This document shows positions 44,801 through 62,060 of a stretch of 64,000 nt of DNA, piece by piece. Numbering within the stretch: the stretch's first letter is position 1; every line of letters begins with the position of its first letter. Origin of the DNA: Yuukianura sp. NJ FZ-2021 (Eukaryota); NCBI GenBank assembly GCA_046563655.1, contig CM102286.1:11036001-11100000 (forward strand), given 5' to 3'. Made by a program: the position numbers and the translations under genes. A model generated the notes under the pieces. That model saw nothing but the letters and a program-made list of their open reading frames with translations, had not been told where the DNA came from and ran no database searches.

Positions 44801-47505
44801 CACAGTCTTTCATAGGAATACATACTGCTAAGGCTTCATTATGTATGGGTTTTTGCAACTTAATGCTGTTTACGAAAATAAAGTTGTTACTATATTGCAA
44901 CAAAGAGTTAATGGCATTTCCAGCTGATCTCCTTGCGTCCGTGACCGTGACCCTGAAAATGACATTTTTCGTTAAAATTGCGTTCATGCCATTTTTACAT
45001 AGGAGGGAAAATAATAAACTAAAAATGGATACAACGTTTCCACACATTTTGGCATTTCTGAGTATGGTTAAGCGTTGTTCGAATTCTGAAAATAGTGACA
45101 CAAAAATTATGGTTTTACAGCTGGACGAGAACATACCGCTGGATGGCCTGGAGAAATGTATTTCTTCCTTCCAAAGTTTCTACTCTGTTCATCTTGGCGA
45201 AGAGCAACCGGAGCATAGTGTTTTCGTGTCCGACCTCTGCTTAGCGTCTGCCGCTGCTTGTGATTGTCTAATCACTGATGTCGCCAGGCTTGTGCAAATA
45301 CTCAAGGTACGAAGTAATACTTGTAAGAATTCCAAAAAGTATATTAGCTTAAAATGTATTGTTCATTTTCAAGGTTCATCAAATACTATTTGTTCTTGCC
45401 TTTTCAGAAGACCGAAAGAGATTCGGATGTTGGCGCTTTCCTGCAAGATGTCAAAACTATTGGAGAATCCTTGCGACAACTCGCTAAGCGCACGCGTCGT
45501 TATCTTCCTGATCCACCAAAACAACCGCCGGTTTCAAATAAGCTTCAGTCTCAGCTCCTGAATGATGCTATTGCTCTGACAAAAGTTGTTAAAGTGTTTC
45601 AGGATGCAAGCAAACACGGTGCTATGTCTGCAGGTTCGTTGGATTTCATTGAATTTCATTCGTTTGAGTTACGGCTTTCATAATTTAACACAACTTTTGG
45701 CTGGCTGTTAGAAACCGGTGGGGGCAGCATTCCGAATTCGAAAGTCGAAGAGCATTTTCAGTCTGCACTTGAAAAGTGCGAGACACGAGTAGAGGGTGCA
45801 GTGGGGTACAAAGAAGCGGTGAAGGAATGGCTAACAACAGCACTCATGACAATGACAGATTTGGCTCAAGTTGTCAACGAGGCTCCCATAATGCCGAAAG
45901 AAAAGGTTAGGAAAACTTGATTCAACATTATTTTGTCGCCATTAATTTTTATTGATGTAATAATTTACATTACTAATCTTTTGTGTTTGCTTTAGGCACC
46001 CTCCCCGTTATTGCTGAGGTCGGAAGCAGTCAAATCAGAACTAGATCAATCGAGGAATCTCAGAATTCAGCTAGAAGCGAAAGAAGCGACAATTGTCGTA
46101 AGTCAAACCTGTTCATTCCTTCACATGAACCAGAATTCGTGTTTGTAATTTTTCTTATCCAACATTTATAATTACAGGATTTGAGAAAAATACTTCGTTC
46201 GAAGCAAGAGGAATTTAGTGAAGCTACAATTCGTAAGGAACTGGCGGAAAAGAAATTATCCAACGCGACAAAGGACAGCGAAATGACAATCGAAAAGCTG
46301 AATGTACGTTGATTTTCGCAAAATTAGGAATAGTATTAGGACTGCGACTAATAACTAAATTATATACTATGATTAGCGTAAATTGGAGGATACTCTACTC
46401 AATCACCAGCGAAAGGAACGTGAATTCCAAGCTACAATGGAGCACTTCCAGGCAGAAATGGAATCAATTGAAAACGAGAAAGGAGAGTTGAAGGAGAAGC
46501 TGATGAGTGCTACGAAAAGGAGACTGTTGGAAGGGATTGCTCAGTCCGCTGGTTGGTGTAAACTGTTGAAACATCATTTCAAAAAAGTTTTAAATCGCAA
46601 TTCTTTGTGATTTTTTTTTTGTGAACGATCTAGCAAGCTCGCCAAGCTCTTCCCCTGCCCATACAATTCTGCAGACATCAGTAATGTCGTCGGCATTAGG
46701 CGGATCGGACGCTTTGCCGACTCCGGGCCTAATGGAGTATACACGATTTCTGCAACGTGAAAACTGGAAACTGAAGTCCCAAAAAGTATTAGATATCGTC
46801 AAGCGATTGAAGCCAATTGAGGTGAGTCAGAGATCTTATTTAGTACAGCTAATAAACTAATTTCACCCGCCAAATACAGCGATTGTAGTTTGACTAAAGA
46901 ATTATAATTATGTTTGTAGCTTCCAAAGAAGGAAGACACCGATGCTATACGGCAGTTGGAAAAGGAGTATTGGAAATTGAAACATGTAAGACAATTACAT
47001 TAGGATTTTAGTTGTAAAATGACAACAAAGCAGACCAACTTACTCACCTTGTGCATCTTTTATTCAGGAGTCAAACACTCTGCTTTGCGAGTCTCTCAAA
47101 GTTGCCTTGAACAAGGAATTGAGCTTCCGTAGAAAACAATTTCTGCTGGAAACAATCCTGGCCAAAAAGTCTGAGTTGTCGTCCAAGATGATTGATCTCA
47201 AAGGCAGGATTGATGATCGTATGGCGGCTAGGAAGGAAGGAGTGATCAAAGCCGATTTTGCAAGCTTTACACCACAGGTTTGTAAACAGGTAAGTGGTCG
47301 TCTTCAACCTACAATGCTAGAGCTAGATGCTAATGTTAACAACGCTAACTGTGAGATATGTTGATTCCAGGAAGCTGATGCCGAGGCAGTAAAAGTCGGG
47401 ACTATTCGTTTTCCAGGCTGGGAGAAAAGTTCTGGCAAACCTGTTCGTATCGTACTCAGTCGCGAGCAGCTCCAACGTATTCATAACCTTCTTCTACCAA
47501 TTTAA
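35845..47505 (+). CDS. DCTN1: Dynactin subunit 1 (p150Glued)
   Basis: CAP-Gly domain ([17 protein letters not shown]), coiled coil with [13 protein letters not shown] and ALGAEEMV, dynactin domain [15 protein letters not shown], and C-terminal [13 protein letters not shown]. Confidence 0.95.
42403..43872 (-). CDS. Very-long-chain fatty acid elongase (ELOVL6/baldspot-like), nested antisense in a DCTN1 intron
   Basis: [33 protein letters not shown] histidine box, [16 protein letters not shown] and FILFAQFF. Confidence 0.93.
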
Positions 47506-47689
47506 CGTTATTGGGGCACAGAAACAGAAGTTCTCAAACCAGTTTGTAATAATACACTTTTACCGTAGGACGTAATTTTCTAACCTGCGGTTTAATTTCT
47601 CTCTGTGTAGGTTAAGAAATTGGCATTTACACTTAATTCGTACTCAATGATAAGGATATTCAATAAATATTTTCAATAATTCTGGACTC

Positions 47690-49463
47690 TTACTGTGGCG
47701 GTGGAGGCGGAGGCTGAGGCAGAATGGAAGGAGAGTTCGTTTTCGGTGGCGGAGGTGGAGGTGGCTGCGGTGAATTATTTAATGGAGGAGGTGGCTGGTG
47801 AGTAAAGAAAGGTTGGGAAGAGGTATTATTCATCATGTAACCTGAATTCATTTTTGTTGTGAGTGGGGAGGAATATGAAGGGGGAGTAGGAGGTGGGGCT
47901 TGGAAAACTATTGATTGGGTTTGGTACATACCAGTGACTCCTGGAGGTGGAGCTGGAGGAAGAGGCGGCTGATGCCGATGCATGGTCGTCTGTTGAGAAT
48001 GTGGAAGTTGTGACGCTGAAGTTTGGGGAGGAATAGCAGCGATAGGCGTGGTAGTGCCTGGAGTTTGTTCCGGTACATTCGCTGATGCTACTCCTTGAGC
48101 AGTGGAATAAAAATCCAGTACTTGATGACAGATATCTTCTAAAACGTCAATCGTCATGTCTTCTACGAACATATCCCACCATCTCAGATGCTCACTTGAA
48201 CGTCCTAAAATAGAGTACGAATATGAACAAGTTATGGTACCCTTACAGTTAGCCTAAACTGAGTTTGATGGAAAGAATTTTTACCTGTCCAATCCACTAC
48301 GTCGAATTTGCTCAGTTTACAAGCAAGGTGCATCAGCGCAATCGCAATAATTTCTGGTTCCCATTGAAGGCACAGTGTAGTACAAAGGCTGGAAAAAGGA
48401 TACCAAACATGAAAATGACCGGGAATAAAGTTCCTGTCACAGTTGTCTGAAATTCGCCAATACTAATTAACGGAACCGGTAGATTCGTACCTGTCATTCA
48501 CGAAATTCCATGCCATTTGCACCATTTTCTCTAACCGAGTCTTTTCACCTTTGATGCTTGTGGCGTACTTGAGAAGAAATTTGTAGGGATGTTCCAGTTG
48601 AAGGTCAAACTTTATGGTTTGCAATAGAATCCTTTCTAGCGTCATCAGTTCTTCCTGAAGTTCAAACAATTATTCACATTTTAACTGACTGCTCAACGCT
48701 TGATAAGCGGGACGCAGGATCAAACGGTACCGGTACGCTGAGAGATACATAAAAAAAATGCGGTGACTCCGAAAAACCGTTTGATCCAATTCCACAAACC
48801 ACAAGCATACAGTGTTCTCTAATTTCGAATTACCAATCGATTCTTTTCATCTGCTCCAAATTGTTCGCTAAATTTCGGTTCCTCCAGAAGACGACGAGCA
48901 GATTCGATCATGTCTCTGCATTTCTTAGGTGTTTCTTCCACTTTACCTGCTAGAAATAAACAAGCGCAGGCTGTGGGCTGGCAACAAAAAAAAAAAGATT
49001 GTCAATACTATGGCTTAATACTAATAGGTCCGTGTGCACGAATTTTGTTTCCTTACATATCGCAGGAATTCTTGGAAAGAGTGACACATGTAGAAACGAT
49101 GAAAAAAAACTACCGCTGTTGCCATTGTGGACGACAAGCTTAAATTCATTGAAGTTCCAAGTTCAATGATAAATCGGGCTCCTAAAAAATCAAAATGTAA
49201 AATGTATTGTGCGAGTGGTTGAATTAAACGATGAAGTGTGGCTTCCACGTGTCGTTTATCGAATAATTGAACTGGAACTTTTAGCTAGGTAGCTGGTACA
49301 CTGCCAAACCGGCTTAAATCTTTCGGGTCACGAATCCATAATTCAATCAGGAGAACATGAACTTACCTTCCCGTCTATAACGTGCCTCGACGTTTGGATC
49401 CATTCCTTTCAACACTGATGGAGATTGACGAAGTTCCCTCCGAAGGTAGTACCAACGTGGCAT
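47690..49463 (-). CDS. CCNK: Cyclin K
   Basis: MPRWYY...[72 protein letters not shown], then a proline-rich tail. Confidence 0.95.
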
Positions 49464-49468
49464 TATCT

Positions 49469-49582
49469 GGCTGAGTTGCAGTTTTGTTCTCCACTCTCCA
49501 CTCTGGTGACGGTGGTTGGTTAGGTTTAACCTAACTCATGGAGAGAGAACTGCAGAGTGGAGAACAAAACTGCAACTCAGCC
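49469..49582. mobile_element. 114-bp palindromic MITE with perfect 8-bp TSD containing the cyclin K start codon
   Basis: 29-bp TIR ggctgagttgcagttttgttctccactct. cattatct at 49461-49468 and 49583-49590. Confidence 0.92.
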
Positions 49583-50515
49583 CATTATCTTATTAACACT
49601 TGAGATCAGCGTATTCTTGAGTTTGCTGCTTCAGTATGGCTTAAAGGCAATGTACCCTCTCTATGTATTGATTAGGTATTCAGTATCTGTTTCAAAAAAA
49701 AATTCATTACGAATATTTAGTAATTAATGTAACTAATTAAAAAAATTGTAATGTGGTTACCCTCAGCATTAGAATAATTTTACTAATAAAAGTAAAATAC
49801 TATACATTGAAAAATTACATAATCGTCACAAGGAAGTATGGTTGTTCTTTTTTGAGCAGTTTCCAATTTTAGATAACCATTCTTATTAGGAACCCGAACT
49901 TTCCCGCACTCACTTCTGAATAACGTTGTGAGTCGTTAAGATTACAACTTTTGAGTTATATACCCATCTTCCTTGATGTTTGCAAATTATTGCGAAATTT
50001 TTGTCAGTATCACTTTGCGAATCCAGCTGAATAAACAAAAGGTCAGTAATCCGGAATCCGGCATAAAAGAACCTCCGTGGAATTTGCACCATAAGGTCGA
50101 GGGATATATCTAATCCACGGAATTTCATTTTTAACAAACATAATTTTAAGCTTTCTGAGGAATCGTCAGTCGGGGCTCCTATTTTGCTCCCATCTAAAAC
50201 CCTGATTTTCTTCGCGTGTGCTGTGGCCGTATGGGCGGGCATACGGTATGCCACATACCAACTACGAAAGCTGAAACAGCATGGCTAAAAAGCTGAAACA
50301 TTTATTAAACCGCTAATAATTCAACCTTGTTGTTGCGTTAAAGTTGGTCCATTCCACCCCAACCAGGGTCACCCGATACTCGCGGTTAAAAACACATCCC
50401 GGAAATCTTGAGCCATTTTATTACAGAGGGTAATTGCCGCCGACAGACAGACAAGGTGGATCTCGATGCATCAAGCAGCTTTGGCTAAGTAATTAATAAA
50501 TGACAATACACCAGC

Positions 50516-50917
50516 CAGTGTTGGTGGACGCTTAGCTTAAACGTCCAGTGGCTTAATTGCCACTTCCAGTGGATATCCACTGGAAGAAATGCACCCAAAT
50601 GGACGAAACTAAAAGTGGATGGAAGAAATCACAAATTTTGCGCGAAATTCAAATCAATTTAAATTTAAATTTACGAAATGATATTAGAAAGCTTTACTTC
50701 CGCCATTATAGTTAATATATTATTTAAAACGTATGCAAAAACGATATTTACATAGTTTTTGTGCAGTGTTTTCATGTTTTTTAGTTTTTTGTCGTCAATT
50801 AATTCAAATTCGGAGGGCAAAGCTCCGCCCCTTTGGATTCATCCGTTTCGTCCATTTCTTCCACTGGATATCCAGCCGTGGATGAAATGTCGAAAAAGTG
50901 GATATCCACTAACACTG
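50516..50917. mobile_element. hAT-like MITE, family A copy 2
   Basis: cagtgtt...aacactg ends; collinear similarity to 3623-4012. Confidence 0.85.
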
Positions 50918-52204
50918 ACTGAGCAAATTCAGACCAGCAAATCACAACCACATATTTTAAACCTAGCCACTCGATTTAATGTCGATGACGAATTTGTCAT
51001 GTCTGAAATCGTTCTAGGATCGTTTTATCACATTCTCATTAAGTATTACTGTGACATTTCGTTTATTCGTTGGTTAGTCGTTTTCTTGTCATGGCCATGC
51101 GAACATGCGATTAGTTAGAACTTAAATTACGAACACAGAAGACTCCTACCCTACCCACCACCCAGCCACCCCACTTCTTGGATCGGATCATGATGAATCA
51201 TGAGTGCAGTGGGTAGTGGGTAGGAGTTAAAGAGCTGGGGCTGCACTATACGTGACCTGTGTACTACTTTAGGTTAGTGGATGTATGTAAGTAGGATTTC
51301 ACCTCTCACATATAGCTCAATGTCCTTACGATGTAGGTTAGCATAATTTTTACCGGTATTTTAGCTCCCACATCAATCAGAGTTATGCTCCTTTACGTCT
51401 GCAACCTCGAAGAGTTCTTACGCTTCTCCCCAGAATGAATGCTTATATTTTATTAGCCTAGAAGAATTATTTTACTTATCTTACTTATTAAATATTCGGT
51501 TTTCTATTTAATGACAAAATCTTGGCAATTTAGTTACAGTCCCGTTACTCTGTTATGGCCAGTAAATTCTCTAAACTTGGCACAGTTTTTTTTTTGCGAA
51601 CGGGTTAATAATTAACCCTTTAACTTAACAAAGTATGTTATGTATTTGAGTGTTACCTCCACAGCGGCACATTTGTCGAAATCGTTCTGTAAACTTGTAT
51701 TCGGATGCTTTCCTAACCCATTCTGCTGTTCAACGGTTACCACGCGCTTAATATGGATAAATTGTAAACATACAACTTGCAATTCGGCACCTTACAATTG
51801 ATTTACCTTGACTTACCTTGTGTAATTAATTATTAATCTAAGAAACACCTAACTAGCATATCGACCTGTGACGTGAGGACATATTTGTACTTTATATATT
51901 TACATAATTAATTATTTACCAAATATGTAATCTGATTGAACGAATCTTTGATCTGATGATCAGTGGTTACAATGGCCCGCGTCATCATTACTCCAACAAG
52001 AGAACGGAGTAGATCAATTTGTTCATCATGCTCAACGGATGATGGTTCACCCCTGTTGCTATACTAGGACGTGCCAAATAGGTTTGAAATTTTGACAGCT
52101 AGAGTCTCCTAGTATCCAAGAAGCGAAGTTGTTTGGTGAGCACGACGTTTCAAGCACGCCGAGTGACAGGGACAATTCAAGGATACAAGTACCACTCAAC
52201 TGAA

Positions 52205-52219
52205 TTCTTCCTTTCCTTT
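52205..52219 (+). promoter_or_regulatory. Probable 5'-TOP/TCT pyrimidine start tract of eEF2
   Basis: ttcttcctttccttt lies about 100 nt upstream of the ATG, and eEF2 is a known TOP mRNA. Confidence 0.55.
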
Positions 52220-52307
52220 GGGTTCAGACACTGAAAGAGAACGTGTGTGTGCTCGTGATTCGTGATTTAATTCGACAACTCAGCGACATATTTCAAAAGT
52301 CGTCAAG

Positions 52308-56036
<3,729 letters not shown>

Positions 56037-57537
56037 GAAGTAGCTATTGGAATATCACAATGACAACTACTACCGGAACGATCCCAGTTCGTCATTTTAT
56101 GAAATCATCTTTTTTTGAGAAGCATTGGATATTTGTTTATTATTCATTTGAAAGGAAATAAAGCTTAAGTTATTAAAGACTTAAGACTTACAGTGGAAAA
56201 GAAACTTGTCAATGCCATGAGATATTGTCAAGCGTCATTACGACGTTGGGATTTCCTGAAATCATTTGAAAATGTGGAACAGCGACGAGTTGCCGTGTAT
56301 GGATGATGGATAAATCACAATCTGTACAACCGTTCTTTCTGAATTCGTTTGATTACTATTTTACACCCTACGCATTTTTTTGTTGGGTGCGGGGTATACG
56401 CGAGTGCGGGCTATACGCCGTGAAATAGGGTAATCCGGTGTAGTGGAACAAGGATTGCTGGAATTTTGACTTGCTAGTGGCAGCTTAGGATTGGACAGTT
56501 GGGTATCCCTAAAATGTGCGTAATTTTTCATTCACTCTTTGGACGTCCGGGCATTGCCCAAAGGCATTCCAGGATGATGTGGATTTTGGATTAGTGCTAA
56601 TTAATAGCGTTTAATTTTTATTTAGGGAACCAAAAAGCGTCTAAACGTCGCTGGAGAAGCAAACGCTTATACCTGGCTAAAAGTCAAAAGTAAGTCCGAA
56701 AAAAACTTCATGAAAGTAACCTTTTCTAGAAACAAAAAATTTCAAAATTTGATTAGAAAAGTGTTTAAAGATGTTAGAAATTTTGCAAAATTTACAGAAG
56801 AGGAGAAGCCTGTCATCAAGCGTCCAAAAAGTTTTGTAAAAGTTACAATTCGTAATCTTATATTGGCCAAATCGCAAAATGGTACAGTAGAGAAAGTTCA
56901 ACCTTTGACATTTGGCATTTGCAAACATTCCACGCTTTGTTTAATCCGATTTTTTCATTTTTTGTTAATTTGAAATCCAATTTTTGGAACTGCTAAATTT
57001 ACGTGAGCACGCTTAGATTTTTGAAGCAAGAAAATGCTGAACAAATTTTTCAGTTGTTATAGTTTTATGGTTTCTTTTTTACAGAATCAAATTCTCAAAT
57101 TAGTTGCTCCGCACTTGTTTAAAGCATTTTTGAAAAAGCACGTTATACACAAACTAGGCTTTCGATTTGCCTCACGGCAAATCGAAAGCCTAGGTTGTTG
57201 CGTACGTAAACCGAATTGACACACTAAAGTCCAAACGAAACGCATCCGAGTTGGCAGAGCCGTATACAGCGGATGCAATTCGTGTTTACTGCAGCCAATT
57301 TTTGTGTTTTCATTTGTTGCTCTAAGTTGGTATGAGAGAAAAAGTCAGTGCAGTGCTTGAAGAAATGTATGTAAAACTCCCACCCCTCATACAAATCCGA
57401 GGAGTCTGACAAATCCGACCTTTAGTCACCCCCGGACACACAAAACTGTGTATTATGTAGAAGATTAGTTTGCAAAAAAATATTCAAGAACATTATTTTG
57501 AAAAAAGTAAAACTGAAGTCAACTTTTTTTTTGACAG

Positions 57538-60455
57538 CGTCTGCTCTAGTAATGCTCAAAGGGCCGGAAAACAGGACCGTTCTGGAAGGCAATGACGTCA
57601 CACTATCTTGTGAAGTAGGTGGAGCTCCTCTGCCAAATGTCACGTGGTACAAAAATGGTAAAATATAATAAAAACTAATAAAATAAAACATAACAAAAGA
57701 TTAAAAAAATTATTTAACTAACCTAACCTAAACCTCTTCATGTTTATACTTTTCTGAATTTAGAAACTGAAGAAATTTGCTCTGGCGGTCGATTTCAGAT
57801 TTTGGAAAGCGGGAGTTTGCTTATTGCCGCTGTTCGTTCACGTGACATTGGTAAATACACTTGCATTAGATCCAACAGTGCAGGAACTGTCATAGGCTCC
57901 GCCCACATCGGAGTGCTTGTGCGCACTCAAATTGTGCAACCACCAGTTGACACACAGGTCATCCTAGGTCAAGTGTCCACTCTCCAGTGCAAAGTGTCCA
58001 GCGATCCTGCCATTCCATATGAAATTGACTGGGAGCATGACAATGAGTAAAAACTAAACCAAAGCTAAAGCTAAAACAAAAAACTTTAAACAAAAATTGA
58101 CGTTTTTTTTAAAAAATTTAAAATTTGTCCCTTTTTAGAATCATTTCCCCGGGAAGTTCCTCCAGAATTCAAATTCACACTGACGGGACACTTGAAATTC
58201 GTGAAGTTCGCGCCAGTGATGTTGGTCAGTACAAGTGCTTAATCCGCTCTGACGGTGGCCACGACGAACGTACAGCACAACTCAAAATTATCGAGCTTCC
58301 CTATCCACCTACCAACGCTAAAGCAGAAAAACTTCCAAAACTGGTTCCAGTAAGAACAAAAAAAAAACTCAAAAACTTTCAAAATTTTAAATTTTGACAA
58401 AAAATAAGAGCAACATACCGTATTTATCAGCGTTATCTGCTCTTTTCTCTGAGCAAAGTACAACTCAAAAACGAAAAATTCTTCAAAACTTTAAATTGTT
58501 GCCTGTTTTTTTCACAAAAATAGTAGTAATTTTGAAGCTTTGGATTTTGAAATTTTTATTTTCGCGGCATTTTTACAGGGAGCAAACTCCAAAGCTGTTA
58601 ACCTGACGTGGTCAAGCGGTTTTGACGGAAACAGTGCCATACTGAAGTACATCGTGCAAAAGAGAACTGTCACTCCGGATTCTGGCAACACCGTTGGCAC
58701 TGTGACAGATTTTGTGCCGTCGTCATGGGAAACGCTTTTTGCAAATTTGAGTGCTGAGCTGCGAAGTGTGCTCATTGAAGGTCTCAAACCTGCTGCTTCC
58801 TACCAGTTTAGAATCAGTAGTGTCAATGCTGTTGGAGAAGGAGAGGCTTCTGCTCCTTCAAATGTGGTCACTTTGCCCCAGGAAGGTAAGAGGTCAAGGT
58901 CAAAGGTCAAAGTTTTTTTGAAGTTTTGAAATTTCGAAATTCTAGCTCCTTCTGGACCGCCAATTGGTTTGATCGGCTCAGCTCTGTCGTTTTCGGAAAT
59001 TATTATCCAATGGCATCCACCACTGGAAGAACACAAAAATGGACTCATTCTAGGTTATGTCATTCGCTATAGACTACATGGATACGGTGACACGCCTTGG
59101 TCAATTCGTAACATAACGAATGAGGTAACTGTTAGAAATTTCCAATTTTCAAAAAAAAAATCTGAAATCCTATGAAAAATGTGCTAATTTGATTTTTTTT
59201 TCACGGTTTATATAGGCTCAAAGAAACTACTTGATTCAAGACTTGATCACGTGGAAAAATTACGAAATTCAAATTGCCGCTTACAACAACAAAGGTATAA
59301 TATTAATGAAATGACTGAAATTTTGGAGTGTTAAGCCCCAAAATTGAAACATCACTTTAGACAAGAAAACTGAAAATATTAAAATTTTGAAACTAAATCA
59401 GTAAAAATTTCGAAATTTTTTCAGGAATTGGACTGTACAGTGCAGGAATCAAAGTGAAAACGAGAGAGGGCGTGCCAAATGCTCCGCCCACAAACGTGAG
59501 AGCGGCCGCTCTCAACTCAACCTGCGTCCGAGTTTCCTGGAAACCGCCAGATCCCCAGCAAATCAACGGAATCAACCAAGGTTACAAAATCCAAGCCTGG
59601 ATTGGAGAGGCCCTTAGCCAATCAGCGTCTCTCCCGCCAAGTCCCTTTGACCCCTTAGCCCTTCAAACAGGGGTCATCTGTGACCTTGAAAAATTCACAA
59701 CCTATAACCTAACTGTTTTGTGTTTTACGAGTCCCGGGGACGGAAAACGCAGTACCGGAATATCCATCCAGACTCTGGAAGACACCCCAGATGAAGTCGG
59801 GTCGTTCCATTTTGAAGAAATTAGTGATCGGGCTGTTAGAGTCGTCTGGTCTCCTCCGGTAAAACGAAACGGTATTTTAGTTGGATACACGCTGCGATAC
59901 GGTATTCGTGATCTTCCGAAGACATTTATGAATATGAACTTCAGTGCGGACACGACCAACGTCAAGGTCACTGACCTCAAGGCCAATACTTACTACACAT
60001 TTGAAGTCTGGGCAATGACGAGTCAAGGTCGCGGAAGTCGAAATCCGGCAGTATCAAGTCCGGAGTCGAACCGGTACTGCCGAAACCGCCATACAATTTA
60101 GCGGTATCAAAAATCCAGCCGTTCTCAGCTGTGCTGCAATTTACACCAGGGTTCGACGGAAATTCGTCCATTGCGAAATGGACGGTAGAAGGACAAACAA
60201 ACCGGAACGCTACTTGGCACACAGTGTTTGAATATTGTGTGGAACCGGAACATAGAACAATTGTACCGGCTACCGGATCCGGAACTGCTACGGTATCAAA
60301 CGGAGTAGCGACGACATTATCGCTAGCTCCAAGTGCAGAGTCTATTGTTGTTCAAAACATGCAACCTTATACACAGTACAAACTAAGATTGGTGGCAAAT
60401 AATGTTGTCGGTCCGTCGGTACCGTCCGAATCGACACAATCGTTTCAAACGCTCC
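57538..60455 (+). pseudogene. sdk: Sidekick (Ig/FN3 adhesion protein) fragment: last two Ig plus about five FN3 domains, frameshifted and truncated
   Basis: VLVRTQIVQPPVDT, LQCKVSSDP, IELPYPP, NYLIQDLITWKNYEIQIAAYN, KTREGVP, PDPQQINGINQGYK, VLCFTSPGDG and LQFTPGFDGNSSI. 1-bp frameshift near 60035. Homology stops after FQTL. Confidence 0.8.
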
Positions 60456-61585
60456 ACCCAATAAGCAAAAATGTTAGGCCCATCGAAGTCCCCAACACGA
60501 TGAGTATGGGAGATGTAAGGCCACTGGGAAAAGTTTGGCTTTATCTTTGGCCCAGGAGTGCGGATAAGATTTTACCCGCGGGTGGACAATCTACTGCGAG
60601 CCACCAATTCCCCTTACAACTCCCTCACATGGATAAAAAAAAGAAAACAGAAACATTCATTGCCCTTACCAGAGCCATGTATGTAAAAATTGTCAACGCA
60701 GCTTATCTCGGGTTTGAGATGGCCCAAGTATGGGGATGTTAGCCTAACGGAACAAAAAAAAAAAACAAAATCCTCGCAATTCTAACATCTGACTTCGATT
60801 TCAATTTTCTGTTTTTGATTAAGTCATTATTAAGTTCAATCAACTAACTTACATCTTTCGAAATACGAAAATTAAATGTAGACATCAAACGAACGGAGTT
60901 AGGGAAATTGGAGGCGGATTCTGTTATCTCTAAGGTAATCTCGTCACAGTGTGAAAAATTATATTCCCAGTCACTGATTTTGTATCCTATTAACTGATTG
61001 ATTAGCTTAGTTTAGTTAGTAATTGAGTTTAGTGGAACTGAATATTATATACTGTAACGTTCCATTATTTCAGACTACTTAGCTAAACTAAACTAATTAA
61101 TCAGTGAATAAGATTTTAATGAGTAACTGGCAATTATATGTTTCATGTGTGGCAGTAGGTACAATGTGTACAGAATCTTCAAAAAATATTGATTATCTGT
61201 CAATCATCATGTCAGTCAGCATGACAGATTTGCATAATTATCGGTTGATTACCAAAAAAAAAAAAAGGTCCCCTTCCAATCCCCCCCTCCCAATTAACCC
61301 CCCCCCCTAATTAACCCCCCCCCCAATGAACTCCCCCACCTTAATCATCCCTAACTAACCCCACGCCAGTTATCCTCTATTAATTCCCCATCGCCCTTAT
61401 CTTTCTCCAATATTACAGTCCCCCGACTAGTCAATTAATTAATATAGTAACCAACCAGCCACATTAATTATTTATTCAATTGTAAATCAACTTTCTATAA
61501 AGTCCTATTGGCCAGTGTGGGCTGGTCAATTGGTCAAATGGCGGAAAAGTTAACTGTGTAGATTGTGTAAATTAAGTCGGGGTGT

Positions 61586-62060
61586 ATGTTAATTTGAGCC
61601 GGTGGGAGTGTTGTGGGTAAACTGACTTCCGGTGAGTAGGGTTGGTGACGAACTGATATTGGGCAATGTTGGGGGTGGTTTCTTCCCTGTATTCCAAGCC
61701 GTGGGTCATGTTAATTTGAGCCGGTGGGTTGTGTGTAAACTAGTTTCCGGCGAGTGTGGGGGAGGGTTGGTGCCGAATTGATATTTGGCAGTATTGGGTG
61801 TGGGTATTTTACCCTGCTTTCCATCGGATAGGGAACCCTTGGATGCTTTCCCCATCATTTTTTCCCACAACAGTTTTGTTTCATTATTTTTATTTTTTCG
61901 AATTTCCGCCGCAGCGTAGTGGAAATTCAAGTGGGATGGGGTGGGGTGGATCGGAATGATCCATTATGTTAATTTGTGGCGGTTGGAGTATTTTGTGTAA
62001 GCTGACTTTCCGCGTGTGTGGGGGAGGATTGGTGTGGAATGACATTGGACCATTTGCCAT
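61586..62060. repeat. Degenerate G-rich direct repeats
   Basis: atgttaatttg(ag/tg)..ggt.gg...aaact.(g)actttcc-like unit recurs near 61586, 61708 and 61966. Confidence 0.65.

Noticed and set aside
50759..51118. ORF resembling 3863-4048 (GKAPPLWIHPF) as a gene family
   Set aside because: The similarity comes from the shared MITE, not from coding conservation.
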